Source of the DNA: Cirrosporium novae-zelandiae
Taxonomy: Eukaryota
NCBI GenBank assembly: GCA_026023565.1
Contig: JAPETS010000022.1
Span: 248,001-312,000 of the forward strand
Reading direction: 5' to 3'
Length of the DNA: 64,000 bases
The translations under genes were made by a program, and so were the position numbers. The notes under the pieces were generated by a model that searched no databases, had not been told where the DNA came from, and saw only the letters and a program-made list of their open reading frames with translations. This document shows, piece after piece, positions 1 through 13,380 of this stretch (positions within the stretch are counted from its first letter, which is position 1; each line of letters opens with the position of its first letter).

Positions 1-1186
1 TGAGAGACCTAGCATGGCTAGTGAAAAGCCCCAGAAGAGAAAGGCACAGCGATACAAGTAAGGAAACACCCTCATTATGGCCAAAAGATTAAACTAATGC
101 GATTTCGTGCTCTACAGTTTCCAAGCTAATCAAATCCAACTTTCTGGTCCTATTCCGGGAGAATTATATCACCGATATGTCGAATTCAAGCCATTCGTGG
201 CGGGCATGTTCACCTCGCACTCTCTGCGGGGACGTATCTTGAATCGTGCTCTCCACCACCAACACGCCCGCATCTACAACTACGATCGCGACACCATCTA
301 CGGCATGGAACGGTCTCCATCCCCCGATCTAACCCTCCAATTCCTCAAACTCGTCCATTTCGACATCGGCGCCCGAATATTCACCTACGTCATCACACTC
401 GACAGCCTCTGGAGATTTACCGAAACGGGAAAAGAATTCGGCATCGATTTATTGAGCAAACACACCATGCACTCGGACGTCTCAATCTACATTGCCTTCT
501 CCGGCGAATTCTTCATAAGACGTCTCCACCACCGCCACCAAGACCCAGACTCGCAACCCACACACCCCCCCGACGACATCTCAGGCGGGCCCCCCTCGGA
601 CGAACCCCCACAGGACCCAGCCTACTATGAACTAATCATCGACAACGACAGCGGCACCTACCGACCCAACGCAAAGCTCCTCCCCCTCCTAAAATCCTTC
701 CTCCACCCCAACTTCCCCGGCCTCAAAATAAAAACCCTCGACTGCAATTCCGACGCCGAGGAAATGGGCAAGCTGAAAACCGAGCAGCGAGATAGAAAGA
801 AGAAGGAAGGTGGGGGTGGCCGGTTCAAGCAGACCAGCTTCAGCAGCGCCTCCAGCAGCATCAGCTCCAGCGACGAAGAGGATCTGGATCGTCTGGAGGG
901 CGTGGATAGCGGACGGTTTGGAAAGCTAAAGAGGGAGATGCAGGGCAGTGCAACGAAGGATCGGATTCGGGAGTGGGTTGCTAGAGGGGCCGGTGAAGAT
1001 CATGTTGTGGTGGAGAGGGCGGATGGGAAGGTCGAGGAGATTCCTGTGAGTGAGTTGCAGAATGGAAATGCAAATGGAAATGCGAGTGGAGATGCGTCTG
1101 CTTCTGCGTCTGCATCTGCATCCGCCCAAAAGGCCCCAGCGACGGACCAGGACCAGGGCCAGGGAAATAATGAAAAACATGCGTGA
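1..1186 (+). CDS. 3' part of a conserved fungal protein (probably the C2-domain-containing family); 5' end lies outside the window
   Basis: Intron 58-117 (GTAAGG...CTAAT...CAG) joins QRYN|FQANQIQL into the long ORF. Motifs RILNRALHHQH, FTETGKEFGIDLLSKHTMHSD and IDNDSGTYRP are recalled from fungal C2-domain proteins; the C2 domain itself is not in view. Confidence 0.7.
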
Positions 1187-2962
1187 TGAATAATTATGGT
1201 ATCGGTATCGGTATCAACAACTCGGGATCTTTTGAATAATGGTTCCAACCAAACCAAACCAAGAACCCTCCATCCTTTTTTCTCTCTTAATATCTAATAT
1301 CTTATTGTTCATTCCTCTCATTACACCCTCCTACCCCCCTCCTTCATACTGGCAACCCCCCTATACATACTCTCACTGGATTTACGACAAAAAAAAAACA
1401 CGCCAGTTAGTTGGCTGACTTTTTTGACGAGCGAGGGTGAGGGAAACGGGATGGATGGATTTATTTCACCTCTGCTTTGGTTCAGTTCGGTTCAGCTCGG
1501 TTCTTGGAAAGAGAGAAAACACAAACATCAAATCTCCCACGATAATATTTTTCTTTTCTGATTCTACCAATGATGATGACATTTCCTTTTTTTGTTATGG
1601 TTTTATTAACGATGAATGAACGAAGGGGGGGAAGGGAACTTTTTGATTCAAAAGGGGATAGGCTACTACTCTATTGTAACGCGAGGGTGTGTGTGTGTGT
1701 GTATGTGGATGACTGGGATCCTTTTATATATATATTTCTATCCTATCCTATCCCATCTATCGATCGATCGATCTATTACGTCTATGTCTATGTCAATATT
1801 TATAATACTTATTATTACGATTGTTATTATTATGGTTCGGTTTCCAAAACCCCCAAGTATAGCAAAAAAGAAAAAAGAAAAGAAAAAGAGGAATAGTGTA
1901 TAGCTACTCTACTATAGAGCGTAAAGCGAGTGGTGTGGATTTGGATCCTTTTTATATATTCTATCTACCTATCCTATCCTATCCTATCCATCTATGTCTA
2001 TGTCTATGTCTAGCTAGGACGTCGTCCTATGTCTATAATCCTACACTTCATAATCCCTATTTCCATTTCCATTTCCATAATTCATTATTACAAATGCAAT
2101 CTTCCAACTTAGATACCTAGGTAGACAGGTAGACAAGTAGACAGGTAAATAAGTGCACTACTACACATCAACTATAGATAATCTATAATAGTCACTCTCA
2201 CCAAAAAAAATCCCATTTCCATTCCCCTTTCACTTAACTTCAACCTACCAAATTCCTATTATTTAAACAATTTAAGGCTATTTGGGGAGATTTTAGTAAT
2301 TTTTTTTTAGTAATTATTATTATTATTATTATTTTGTTCTTTTGGTTTAATATTTTGGTTTGGGAGGCGTGTTAGAGAGATTGAGAGATTGAGAGATTGG
2401 ATTTATCTATAGGTTGAGGGTTTTGATTGATTGATCGATTGAGGTTTCCAGTCTGCTGAACTTGTATGATTTACTAAATTTTGAATTTTTTTTTTAATGT
2501 TGGAATAGACTAAGCTTTTAAGTGGTTTTAAATAAAAAGTGGGTATCTCTATCTCTATCCTTGTTAATGAAAAATAGTACAGGCTATAAACACACTTGCA
2601 CGGTAAGGAAACTAGTAGTCTAAAGACGATCTATCTATATGGACGGTTAGCTATGTATGGAAGGATACAAGGAAGTAAGGAAGTAAGCATGTTTGCTATG
2701 ACTATGACTGTGACTGTGACTGTGAGAATGATTGCTAGAAATCACAAATGAGAAACAAAGTGTGCATATGAGTGTGTACGCGCGTGTGTATGTGTGAATA
2801 TGCATATGTGCAGTTAAACCAAAACCAAAACCAGAGCTATAGTAAAACCAAAGTCCATCCCGATCGAATTGATATCAAAAAAGAGAAAAATAAGAAAAAA
2901 AAGTTAATCCTCATGTCTCTTTCCATTCCCTTTCCCTATTTCCTTTCCTCCCACCTCCCCCG

Positions 2963-5900
2963 TTATCTCGCCCCCGAATTCCTCGAACTCCTCAATCTCC
3001 TTCCGATCCCCGCCGTGGATGTCGCCGCAACAACAACATTCTCTCTCTCTTCCCTTGCCGTTCCTCTCCTCCTCCTTTCCCCACTTCTCGGTAGCTTACT
3101 CACGGCCATACCCGCATGTTTTTTTAGTGGTGGTGGTAACATTTGCGCGCTTTCTTTTAATTTGCCTTTGGGTGTTGTGGCTACCGGCGTAGCGGTGGCT
3201 GTGGAGGGACGACTGCTGGAAATGGAATCGGAAGTGGAAGTGGAGTTGGAGATGGAACTGGTGCTGGAGCTTAGGACGTTCATGTCGAGTTCTTTGAGGG
3301 TGGGAGCGTGAGTTTGGGGATTGGGGTGAGGTGGGAGGGCTGCCGAGGCCGAGGAGGGACGAGGATGGATGTGGTAGTCTGGGTCTTCGGAGCCTTCTCT
3401 GGTGTCTGTATAGACGCGGGATTTGGCGGGAGAGGAGTTTGATGCTACTGTGGGGTTTGGGCGTCGGAGTTTTGTGAGGAATTGTGATGTGTCTGTTCGA
3501 GGGAGGTTTGTGATATAATGGTATTGGGTTTTGGGTGGTGTGTTTCCGGTGGGTACGTATTCCTCTAGATCTTCTAAATGGAGATCTGTTAGAGGTTGTC
3601 GGACATGTTCGTTCAGTATTTGCAGAGAATTTTGGAGTTCCTTGGTGGAAGTATTGACACCCTCTTCAAAGGCACTGATTCGTGACTTTACTGTGTCAAA
3701 ATCCTCTCGGAAGCTTGAGTAGGCATCTTGCACACTTGAAGAGACACCTCGAAGCGCTTGGAGGTGCATATCGTGATGCTCACCATTTTGGGACCTTGCG
3801 CGCGTAACAAATTCGTCGAGAGCTTGCATCTGAAGCGCCATGTCTTTCATCTGGGCATCCACAATACGGATGGTTTCCTCATGTACAGATTTGGTGGTTG
3901 ATTGGATGGCAGTGTTGCGGTCACTAATAGCATTCCAATCATTCTTCATCTTCCCCTTTAGAGTATCGCGGGACTCGATAACTTCGGTAAGCAAAGACCT
4001 CTCCTTTTCGGTCCAGTTGTCCATTTCTTCGTTATGTTTGAGATTCGCAGCTTCAAATGTTGCTTGGGATGCAAAGAAATCTTCACGAATTGCATTGACC
4101 TTGGTGTTCAACCTGGCATCCTGAGTTTCACCAGTCTTGTTGATCAGATCCGTAATTTGGACGAGGAGGTTTTGGCGATCTGCTGAAGATTGTTGACGTT
4201 CCTCTGCAAGGCATGTTTCAAGACGATTTGAAGCAGAGATGTTTGAATCGAGAAGAGCATGTTGTGCCTGTGAGAGCTCTTGTCGGAGTCTCGTAATCTC
4301 TAAAGCTTGAGAGTCGAGATGCTTAGACAATTCCTCAAAGATACCCTTAAAGTCTCGACCAAGGGAACTATATGAAGCATGAAGCTGCGTCTGGAACTCT
4401 CCTAGCTCATTTATAATTTCTCCAGAGATGCGACCTGCTGCGGCTGATAGACCATTCAAACCTTCACCAACCTTTTGCTTCACATCCTCTCGCAAGACCT
4501 TGATCTCCTCCAACACATTGTTCATCTCATCTCGTGCAGATAGGGTCTGCTTCTCAAGCTCTTTTTCAGATTCGGTTAAAGAATCGCCCTTTTCCCTTAA
4601 CCGGTCCTGCCATATATCCGCCTCCCGAAGCTCGTCCGTAGCGAAGCTTTGAATCCGGCTTTCTAGCTCAATAAGTAATTGCTCTTGCTGCCTTTGGAAT
4701 GAGTCGACTTTTTGGTCAACTGTCTGCGCAAGGTCGGATACATGGTCTTTGCTTGTTTCCCATCGATTCTGGTTCGATGCCCTGATGCCTGATTTGCGCC
4801 TAAGTTTTGACTGTAGGCCGTCCACATCTTGCGTGGTCTTCTCTAATGTCGTTATTAGCTCTCCCCCGATCTTGCTGAGCTGCTCTTCGGTGCTTGCATG
4901 AGCCTTGCGCAAAGCAGTTTCTTGTGCAAGGTTTTGTCTGGTATTTGCTAATACAATCTCCGTCTTTTCCAGAACGCCTTTTGTCTCTTCCAGTAAGTTT
5001 TTCGTGCTTTCGTTGTCATTCTTTAAGATGTTGAAGCTACTTGTCAATGAGAAAAGTTCCTGGACCTTATTTCGAAGATGTGTTTCCATCGTCTCAATCT
5101 TGGCCGCCTGTTCTTCGCTAAGGATTCTCCGAGACTCGCTTTCCACAGCCATCTCCTCATAGGCATCGTTGCTCAAATACACTCCATTGCGATGTCGGGT
5201 GGCGATCAGTTCACTCTTCAATTTCTCAATCTCCGTTGCAAACTCTTTCAACAGTGTCTTCTTGGATATCATTTGATTCATCTGCGGCTTGTTGCGGATA
5301 TTCTTCGCCCGAAATGCATAATCTAATGTTGATATGGTCTCCTCCAAGTTGCTCTTTGCTGGTGATACCGTAGCAATGATACAAGTTTTCGTTCGTCCAC
5401 CCAAAGAATCTTGTAATAGCCTTGTGAGTTTGGATTCTCGGTACGGAATGTGCGAGCCCTTATCCACCAAAGCATTGATCACTCTACCAAGGGTGAGTAA
5501 ACTCTTATTAATTAGCCCAGCCTCTGCTGCACGTTTATGTGTTGCACCACTCCTTTCGACATTTTCACTGCCTGCCAGATCAACTAAATTGAGCTTTCCA
5601 GCGCTGACAAAATCTTCTCCGTTTTCACCAATTCTCTTAATATAGGTTGTGACGGTGAATATAGTATGACTTCGCGAACTGAGGTCGTTGCATTTTGTCG
5701 CAGCAACTTGACGCCTGTAGCTACCTTCCTGTAGAAGCTTTATACCCTCGCTTGCTGATTTAATAAAAGACTCGCCCATTCCTTGCACAATCGTCGAATT
5801 ATTTCCTGACTTCTTATTCCCTTCATCAAAAATTTTAAGCTTTGTCTCCTCGATAGATAGCAAGTCGCGCAGCTCCTCGTTGTAAAGTTCAATAAAAGAA

Positions 5901-6455
5901 CATTTCACAGAACTCTCGGTTTTATTATCGTCTAGTTTCCTGAACAGCGAGTACAGGACCCTCGGAATAATGCCAGCATTATCGGATAGTAGCCCTAACG
6001 TGTCCGTCATGTCACCAGACATAGTATAAGTCTTTCCTGTACCGGTTTGGCCGTATGCGAAAACAGTACAATTAAAACCAGCGAGCATCTACTCGATTTT
6101 GTCAGAAAGGGAGTAGTTCAACCTGTCATAGGACCATAAAAGTTACCTCTTCAAGAATTGGAGCCATGACATCTTCATATATAATTGATTGATCAGCGGC
6201 TGCTGAGAAGACCTTATCGAATGTGTACGTTTTGTTTGACAGTGCGCTGGGACCGAGGGAAAGTTCAATGAGTCGGCCTTTCATGCCTTCAGTCTGCAAG
6301 ACTATGCCACTATTCTCCTGGACTTCTCGATTTGAGCGACCGCGACACCGCACAACAACATGTATATTTGTATCCCCCATAGCATCATTGTCAAAATCTC
6401 GTTCTTTGCGCTTGTGGCCCATTTTTCTGGGACTAGAATATGTACTGGAAACCAT
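2963..6455 (-). CDS. bimC: Kinesin-5 (BimC/Eg5/Cin8-like) mitotic motor
   Basis: Exons 6455-6147 and 6088-2963; intron 6089-6146 (GTAACT...TAG). Motor motifs NIHVVVRCR, GQTGTGKT, SSRSH, LVDLAGSE, HIPYRESKLTRLL; long coiled coil; BimC-box-like TGNTPPK. Confidence 0.95.
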
Positions 6456-6942
6456 TTTTGTTGATTGAGGTTGTTTAGCGTAGAATTGTGTTCGCCATTA
6501 AATGGTAATTGAACTTGGATAGGGTAATGTTCTTTTCGGGGTAGGTATACGCGAGAGGGTGAGGTGACTGAACTTGTTTGAGAGTACTTTATAAAATATG
6601 AGTAAAGATGTTTATCCTTGCACCCTCGTGCCGACAGATGTAAACATTGCCAAGCGTCTGCCTTCGAATTCCTCCCGAAGTCACGTGCCAGGAACAGTAC
6701 TGCCTTACGACGTAATTACAAGCGTGACGATGTTTGCTCGGTTTGTTAGATTTGTTTGGTTTGTCTAATTAATTAATTAATTCATTAGACTACAACCCCA
6801 ACTCCTCCTTATATCCTATGACCCCATCACACCGTTGGTTACCAGCTGCGGGACGGGCCAAGATCTCAACGTCTCAACGTCTTTTTGAAGTAGATGGAGT
6901 GGCGCTACAATCAACAGCATCAATATCTCAATCATTATCACA

Positions 6943-8541
6943 ATGCTTACAGCTGAAATTCTCCCAGGCAAAGGTCTTGGACCTTTCATTCTTGGGGCTT
7001 CCCTTCATGACGTCTTGACAAGGTGTAAGGCTCAACCACAAACATACCCCAAACTCGATTTATCCTACTCTTCGTCCCAACCAGTATCACAGCCTATCGT
7101 TTTGGGTCTTCCAGCAAATGGTCTACGTTTTCGTTTCGATGGCCCTGATCAACGGCTACGCTTGATCGAGGTTCTGGACTTTTCAAAATCACAGCTTACA
7201 TATAAAGATCAAGATCTCGTCAAAGTTGGAGGTTCACCTACTACTGAAAAACCTACAGGTGTTACAGGGCCGAATTTTCGTCATGTCTACCGTCGTCTTT
7301 TTGGCCTCTCTTTTCCGGGAGAGTACGTCCCACCGACTCCTGGAAGTGGGTCAGGTAAAGGAACCTATATTCTGTCATATCCTGGTATAGCGTTTTCGTT
7401 TCCGCTGCAGCATTCAGCATGGTCACCTGAAGTAGACTTTGTGGACCTCCTTCTCTCGTCCTCCTCATCCCCAGCTACGTCCATGGCCATATTTGACGGC
7501 GAATCCTGGCCTCAGTCACGAGGGATTCTTTTCAACAAACCACCATCTTTTCCAAGATCATCTACACTTGCTCTTGGGGGAAAGGAAGTCGGACCAGATG
7601 AAATCGAGAAGATAGTTGTACACGATCAGGGAAGACTTGAACTTGTCAGAAGATCCAGTACTCCTTTCTGGATTATTCTGAATGAAACTAGTCCACAGGA
7701 ACTTGTAGCTGAGCTAGGCCCACCAGATGCAATATACAGAAAGAATGATAGGAGAATGTCGATTCACCGGAAGCAGAGTGCAGGATCGAGGGATCAATCA
7801 CGGCCTCGAGGACATTCTTTTGCTGCCATGTATGATGACTCCACCGATACGGATCGATCGTCCACCACAGCTGCAACCGAGGATTCGGATGTAGAGGATG
7901 ATTTTTATGATCATGAAGGAGCTGCATCGCCAGAATGTTTTTATAATTACTTTCACCACGGTTTTGATGTCTTTATATCCTTTCCAGCTACTCGATCGCC
8001 GCCCTGGGGAGGGTCAGCACCTGATGAACCTGCACCAATAACCAATCGGCTTACGACTTCGAAGCTAATCATCCACGGCAATATTCCCGGTTCATATCCC
8101 TTCAACAGGCACCGCCGCAGCCGATGGGTACTTGATTTTGGCAGCAACTCAGAGGCATCCATGGAAGGTTCTTTGGAATCATCAGAACAGAATGAAAACG
8201 GCAACGCCCCGAATGTGACGCTCGACTCTGAAACCCCCTTCCCTGGGATCTCATCCCATCTTAAAGCTGTGTGGAAAGATTTCTACGGAAGCAAGGATGA
8301 GGAAATGTCCTCTCAGCGGGGAATGGTGCTCAACAGGGGCTGGGGTAACAGCCCTGGCAGCAGCTGTGAGCTTCTTGGAGGATGGGAGGATGGTGAGGCT
8401 GGCCCATCTGGAGAGGTTGAACCTACCGGAACTGCGGAACAAGGACAAGGCGGGCTAGGCAATACAGAGTTGTTTGGATTCCCGGGTATGATTTTTGAGG
8501 TTTTAAAGAATAATGCAGTCAGTTCCTTGACGCTATATTGA
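6943..8541 (+). CDS. UPF0183 / PHAF1 (C16orf70-like) family protein
   Basis: 532-aa single-exon ORF with LGPFILGASLHDVL, LRFRFDGPDQRLRLIEV, LVAELGPPDAIYRKND, FYNYFHHGFD, KLIIHGNIPGSYPFNRHRR and FGFPGMIFEV, typical of the family. Confidence 0.85.
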   Translation: MLTAEILPGKGLGPFILGASLHDVLTRCKAQPQTYPKLDLSYSSSQPVSQPIVLGLPANGLRFRFDGPDQRLRLIEVLDFSKSQLTYKDQDLVKVGGSPTTEKPTGVTGPNFRHVYRRLFGLSFPGEYVPPTPGSGSGKGTYILSYPGIAFSFPLQHSAWSPEVDFVDLLLSSSSSPATSMAIFDGESWPQSRGILFNKPPSFPRSSTLALGGKEVGPDEIEKIVVHDQGRLELVRRSSTPFWIILNETSPQELVAELGPPDAIYRKNDRRMSIHRKQSAGSRDQSRPRGHSFAAMYDDSTDTDRSSTTAATEDSDVEDDFYDHEGAASPECFYNYFHHGFDVFISFPATRSPPWGGSAPDEPAPITNRLTTSKLIIHGNIPGSYPFNRHRRSRWVLDFGSNSEASMEGSLESSEQNENGNAPNVTLDSETPFPGISSHLKAVWKDFYGSKDEEMSSQRGMVLNRGWGNSPGSSCELLGGWEDGEAGPSGEVEPTGTAEQGQGGLGNTELFGFPGMIFEVLKNNAVSSLTLY

Positions 8542-8843
8542 GACATGTGGTAAGAATCGGTGTGAAATTTTTGGAGTTGCTCCCTTGGGTGAGTCTTGGA
8601 TCTGGGTAGAGATTGGGATTGGGATAAGTACGCAATTGCGCCGGTAACGAATCTAGGTTTAGCTTAACTGCATGATAATATATTAAGTAAATCTAATAAC
8701 AATATAATGCATACACAACAACTTCCTACACGGTATCTATAGTTCTATAATTATTTCTACATCCCAAATAGCTTCTGTACCTCCCTATTGCCGCAAACAT
8801 TTCTAAACTAGTAGATAGTCCTCCATTTATATTGCATGCCGTA

Positions 8844-9851
8844 TCAGCCAGACATAAAATGCTGAACCTCCTTTTCACAATACTCCCATAACCGCTTTCC
8901 CGTCCCCCGCTTCTCAAACCCCTCCATAATATCCGGTCTCGCTGCACCAACTCGTCCCCACGGGATCAGATATGCGCCATTATTCTCTTGCGAGATATCC
9001 TCAGACAGTCCCGCATAAAGCTCCGTGTACGCGCCATACACAACATCGTAGTTGAACAGCAGATCCACAATCTTTTTCTGGAGCCAAGAACCTCCGCGGT
9101 CAAGGTTCGTCCGTAGGTGTCCCGGATTCAAGGACACGGATACAATATCCTTGTCGAAATAGCGCTTGGCTGTTTCGAGAGCTAGGAGGACGTTCCCGGC
9201 CTTGCTCTGTCCATAGTACCACATCGTCCCCCTCTCGGGTTCCCATCCCTCTGCGGGCTTCTTGGTTGCGATGTCGTCCCAGTCGACCCCGTCGGGCTTG
9301 GGGGAGAAAAGCCCGTGGCCGTCGCTGCTGACCCAGACGGTACGTATGCTTCCCTTAGGGGAAGAAGGGTCTGCAGCCGTAGCCAGGAGGGCCGGAAAAA
9401 TAAGACGGTCGAGGAGGAAGTGGCCGAGGACGTTGGTGCCCCATTGGACTTCATAATTTTGGGCTGTCTGGCTGCCTTTTTGGGGGTTCATTATTCCTGC
9501 ATTGTACCAGGCTACGTGAAGTCTCTTTTCTCGCTTTAGGAATTCTTTGGCAGCTGGAGCGATGGTGTGAAGATCGCTGAGGTTCAGGACTAGGTAGGAG
9601 AGTTTGCCAGTACTGGTGGGAAATGAGGATTGAATTGATTTAATGACGCGCTCAGCAGTGGGGGCAGAGCGAGATGTTATGTAGATGTGGGCGTTTTTGG
9701 AGTAGAGGAGGCCGGCTAGGGAGAGACCAATTCCTGATGTGCTGCCTGTGACGAGGTAGACTTTGTTGGAGAGATCGGGGAGAGAGAACTCGGTGAAGGT
9801 GGGTTTGGAAGGGCAAAAGCCAGAAAGATGTTGGCGGAAGCCGTAACTCAT
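8844..9851 (-). CDS. Short-chain dehydrogenase/reductase (retinol-DH/WWOX-like classical SDR)
   Basis: TGSTSGIG Rossmann motif, NAG, TNVLGHFLL, VSS, catalytic YGQSK, LNPGHLRT. Confidence 0.92.
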   Translation of the reverse strand: MSYGFRQHLSGFCPSKPTFTEFSLPDLSNKVYLVTGSTSGIGLSLAGLLYSKNAHIYITSRSAPTAERVIKSIQSSFPTSTGKLSYLVLNLSDLHTIAPAAKEFLKREKRLHVAWYNAGIMNPQKGSQTAQNYEVQWGTNVLGHFLLDRLIFPALLATAADPSSPKGSIRTVWVSSDGHGLFSPKPDGVDWDDIATKKPAEGWEPERGTMWYYGQSKAGNVLLALETAKRYFDKDIVSVSLNPGHLRTNLDRGGSWLQKKIVDLLFNYDVVYGAYTELYAGLSEDISQENNGAYLIPWGRVGAARPDIMEGFEKRGTGKRLWEYCEKEVQHFMSG

Positions 9852-10638
9852 CTTGAGAGCTGTTCGGGAGAAGGGGGTTAGTATTAGTTAGGATTCGGAT
9901 CGCGTTATGATATTTGAGGAGTAGGTCACTGCAAACTTGAAGTTCAAGCAGAAAATATAGAGATACAAAAAGAAATTTCCAGAGGAATGAATTGACAATG
10001 GCGACTAACGAGACATTTGACAAAGTTGATAGATCCAAGGCATGATATATATATACACATATTACATGGTAGCCTGTTGAAAAAGGACTGTATACTAGAA
10101 TAATTAACGGCTGACTATTTTGGCATATTTTAGAAGACATCGGTCAACTCTCCGCATCTGAATGATAGGAGACATATAGAAAGACATAATCAGTGGGGAG
10201 GCTAGATGTATGTGCGGGTGGCTGCTGACGGCCTGAGACAGGAAGCGGCCGCAAAACCCGACAATTAATGACAGCAAATATTATTCATATTCCTACGGGC
10301 GGAGAGCCTCCGCATTGGAGAAGAAAGTAAGAGATGGTAATAGTTAAAGATTTGAGAAGATGAAGATTGAGTTTAGAAAGAAGGAATGTTAATAGTTGGG
10401 CAATTGGATACCTGAGGCATCATACAAGGACACTTGTCTCCGCCCCACATCTTGTGGCGCACCGAAGGCATCCCCAAGCGAACTGTGGCTTATCATTTGC
10501 TTTCGTCATTCGGCGGTGCCCCATATCGTCCAACTCCAACGCCGAATTTCTCAACTCATCTTCTTTCACTTGAAAGACCCTCAATATACCCCATTTTCAA
10601 CCTCTGCATTTCATTTCTATTACATTTAGATTCATATA

Positions 10639-12435
10639 ATGGTCGTGGATACGTCTTATTACGATGCCCTTGGCGTTACGCCAGCTGCTACAGAGCTTGA
10701 GATCAAGAAAGCATATCGCAAGCTTGCAATCATAACTCATCCAGGTCAGAACCCTCTGGGAATCCGCTACGGCAGATACTTTCTTTGCTTTATGGTTACT
10801 AATTTTCATATATAGATAAGAACCCAGGTGATGAAACTGCTCATGAAAGATTTCAAGCCGTATATACCCCGCATCTTTTAAATGGCTCGACCACTATAAT
10901 CTAAATAATGACGTCTAAATATTTTCCAGATTGGAGAGGCCTACCAAGTCCTCAGCGATCCAAAACTACGAACAAATTACGACAAGTATGGCAAAGAGCA
11001 AGCTATACCCGGTGGTGGTTTTGGTATGTCGTATCTCTAGATCATCATCTATATCTCTAACAGCCAGGAAAACAGAGGACCCCTCTGAATTCTTCTCTAT
11101 GATTTTCGGTGGCGATGCATTCAAAGACATTATCGGCGAGATATCCCTAATGAAAGACCTTACGAAAACTATGGATATAACTATGGAGCAAATGGAAGAA
11201 GAAGAGCTCGCCGAGTCGGCAGAAGAAAAACTCAAGATCGCCGAAGAGAAGGAGAAAGAAGCTGCGGAATCATCTACCGCTACCCCAGCTCCAGAATCCT
11301 CGGACGCCAAACCCCCACCAGAATATTCTGAGAAACCTGCCACTGAAAAATTAGACACCCCCACTACAACCTCAACCCCAGCCTCAGGGACCGCTACACC
11401 CCGCCCACGATGGGATCAAAAAGCAATAATGGATAAATCGGAAGAAGACGCACGTGAAGAAGCTCGCATGGATGCCGCCGGCCTAACACCAGAAGAAAAA
11501 GAACTCCAGAAGAAGGCCAAGAAGAAGGGCGGGCTATCCAAAGAACAGCGAGAGAAGCTGGCAGCTCTAGAACGGGAGCGTGAAAAGGCAAGGGAAGAGA
11601 GAGTGAATACCTTGTGCCAGAAGTTGGTTGATAGGGTCAGCGTGTGGACAGAGACAGATAAAGGACAGGACGTCACCACAAGTTTCCAGGAGAAGATAAA
11701 ACTGGAGGTTGACGAACTGAAGATGGAATCATTTGGCCTAGAAATCCTCCACGCAGTTGGCGCGACATATCTCCAAAAAGCAACGTCCTTTCTCAAATCA
11801 CAAAAATTCCTAGGCGTATCAGGCTTTTTCTCCCGCCTAAAGGAAAAAGGTACCTTTGTCAAGGAAACATGGGGAACCATCTCCAGTGCCATCGACGCCC
11901 AACTATCCCTCGAAGAAATGGCAAAGATGGAAGAAAAGGGCGGCGAACACTGGACCGACGAGAAGAAAGCCGAATACGAGAGAAAGGTTACAGGAAAGAT
12001 TCTCGCGGCCGCCTGGAGGGGAAGCAAATACGAGATCCAGAGCGTCCTGAGGGACGTCTGCGATAAGATTCTATACGACAAGAACGTCAAACTTGATAAG
12101 AGAGTTGAACGTGCACACGCCATGATCTTAGTTGGTAATATCTATCAAAACGTAAGAAACTCTCCTTTCCCTTCCCCTCTCCCCCGCTTCCCCTCCTCAT
12201 CCTCCTCCTTCTAACATCCCCATCCACAAAACAGGCCCGACGCAACCCCGACGAAGAAGGCGAATACATGGCCTTCGAACAACTAATGGCCGACGCCGCC
12301 GCCAAAAAGGGGAAAGAAAATAAAGAAAAGGAAAAAGAAAAGGAGAAGAAAAACCACTTTTCTCATCATTTTCACAAGGATAGCACGGAGGGCGGGAAGC
12401 CGGCGGAGGCTTCTTCCTCTGCGGCGGCTGCTTAG
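10639..12435 (+). CDS. djp1: J-domain protein with DnaJ-X domain (Djp1/Caj1 family)
   Basis: Introns 10745-10815, 10860-10929, 11024-11075 and 12152-12234 give [13 protein letters not shown]...[19 protein letters not shown]...[13 protein letters not shown], then DnaJ-X ([30 protein letters not shown]); ends EASSSAAAA*. Confidence 0.9.
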
Positions 12436-13380
12436 GGTTAGATGGATGGGTGGATGAATATGGATATATAGATGTACGGGTGTGTGTGTTTGTTTGTGTG
12501 TGGGTGGGTGGGTGGTTGTGCGCTGGGGCGAGGGATGGGACAGAGACGGAGACAGAGATAGAGACAGACAAGCCAAACAGACAAACAGACAGACAGATAA
12601 GTAAGAGGAAATCAAATACCCCCCTGGAATTGGAATGGAATGGAGCAGAGCAGAGCAAATCCATCAATGACTGACTGATTACATCTACATCCCTAACAAA
12701 GAGGAACAATGAAACTAGTACTAAATATGTTTATGTTTAAACCCCTGTCTCTCTTTCTTTCTTTCTTTCTACTCTTTTTTTTCCTCTGTTATATATCCAG
12801 ATATAGATATCCATGTATCCATGCACCACTATACGTATGTATATATGTATGTATGTATGTTTTTAGAGTAGAGTAGAGTAGAACCATAAGCACCACCTCC
12901 TCCTCCCTCTTCCCTCTTAATTCTGGACTTGTATAAAAAAAATCGAAAGAGAAATTAATGAAATTTAAAATTAATCTAAGGAGGTACAACTACCCTAGCC
13001 CCTCTCCTGAAAAAAAAAAAAAAAAAGCATAATGTGTGGGATTTGCGGTTTATTGATTACGATACAATGTATGGATGGATGGATGGATGGATGGATGGAT
13101 AGATAGATAGGTGGGTGGTGGAAGTGCTGAATTCTACTCAACTTGATATTGATATATGAGGAGATGGGGATGGGCAGGGATGATCAAGAGGGAAAAAATA
13201 AAAACCTGATGGTGAGTGGTGAGTGGTGAGTAGTGAATTGTGAGTAGTGAGGGGGGGTTGAATTGATATTATCTCATCTCCAAGGTCTATTCCCACAACG
13301 CACGACAATAATCCCCCTCCTCCAAAAAATAATTCCATTCATACATCCATTCAATTCCCCCATCCCATCCCTACCCTGTT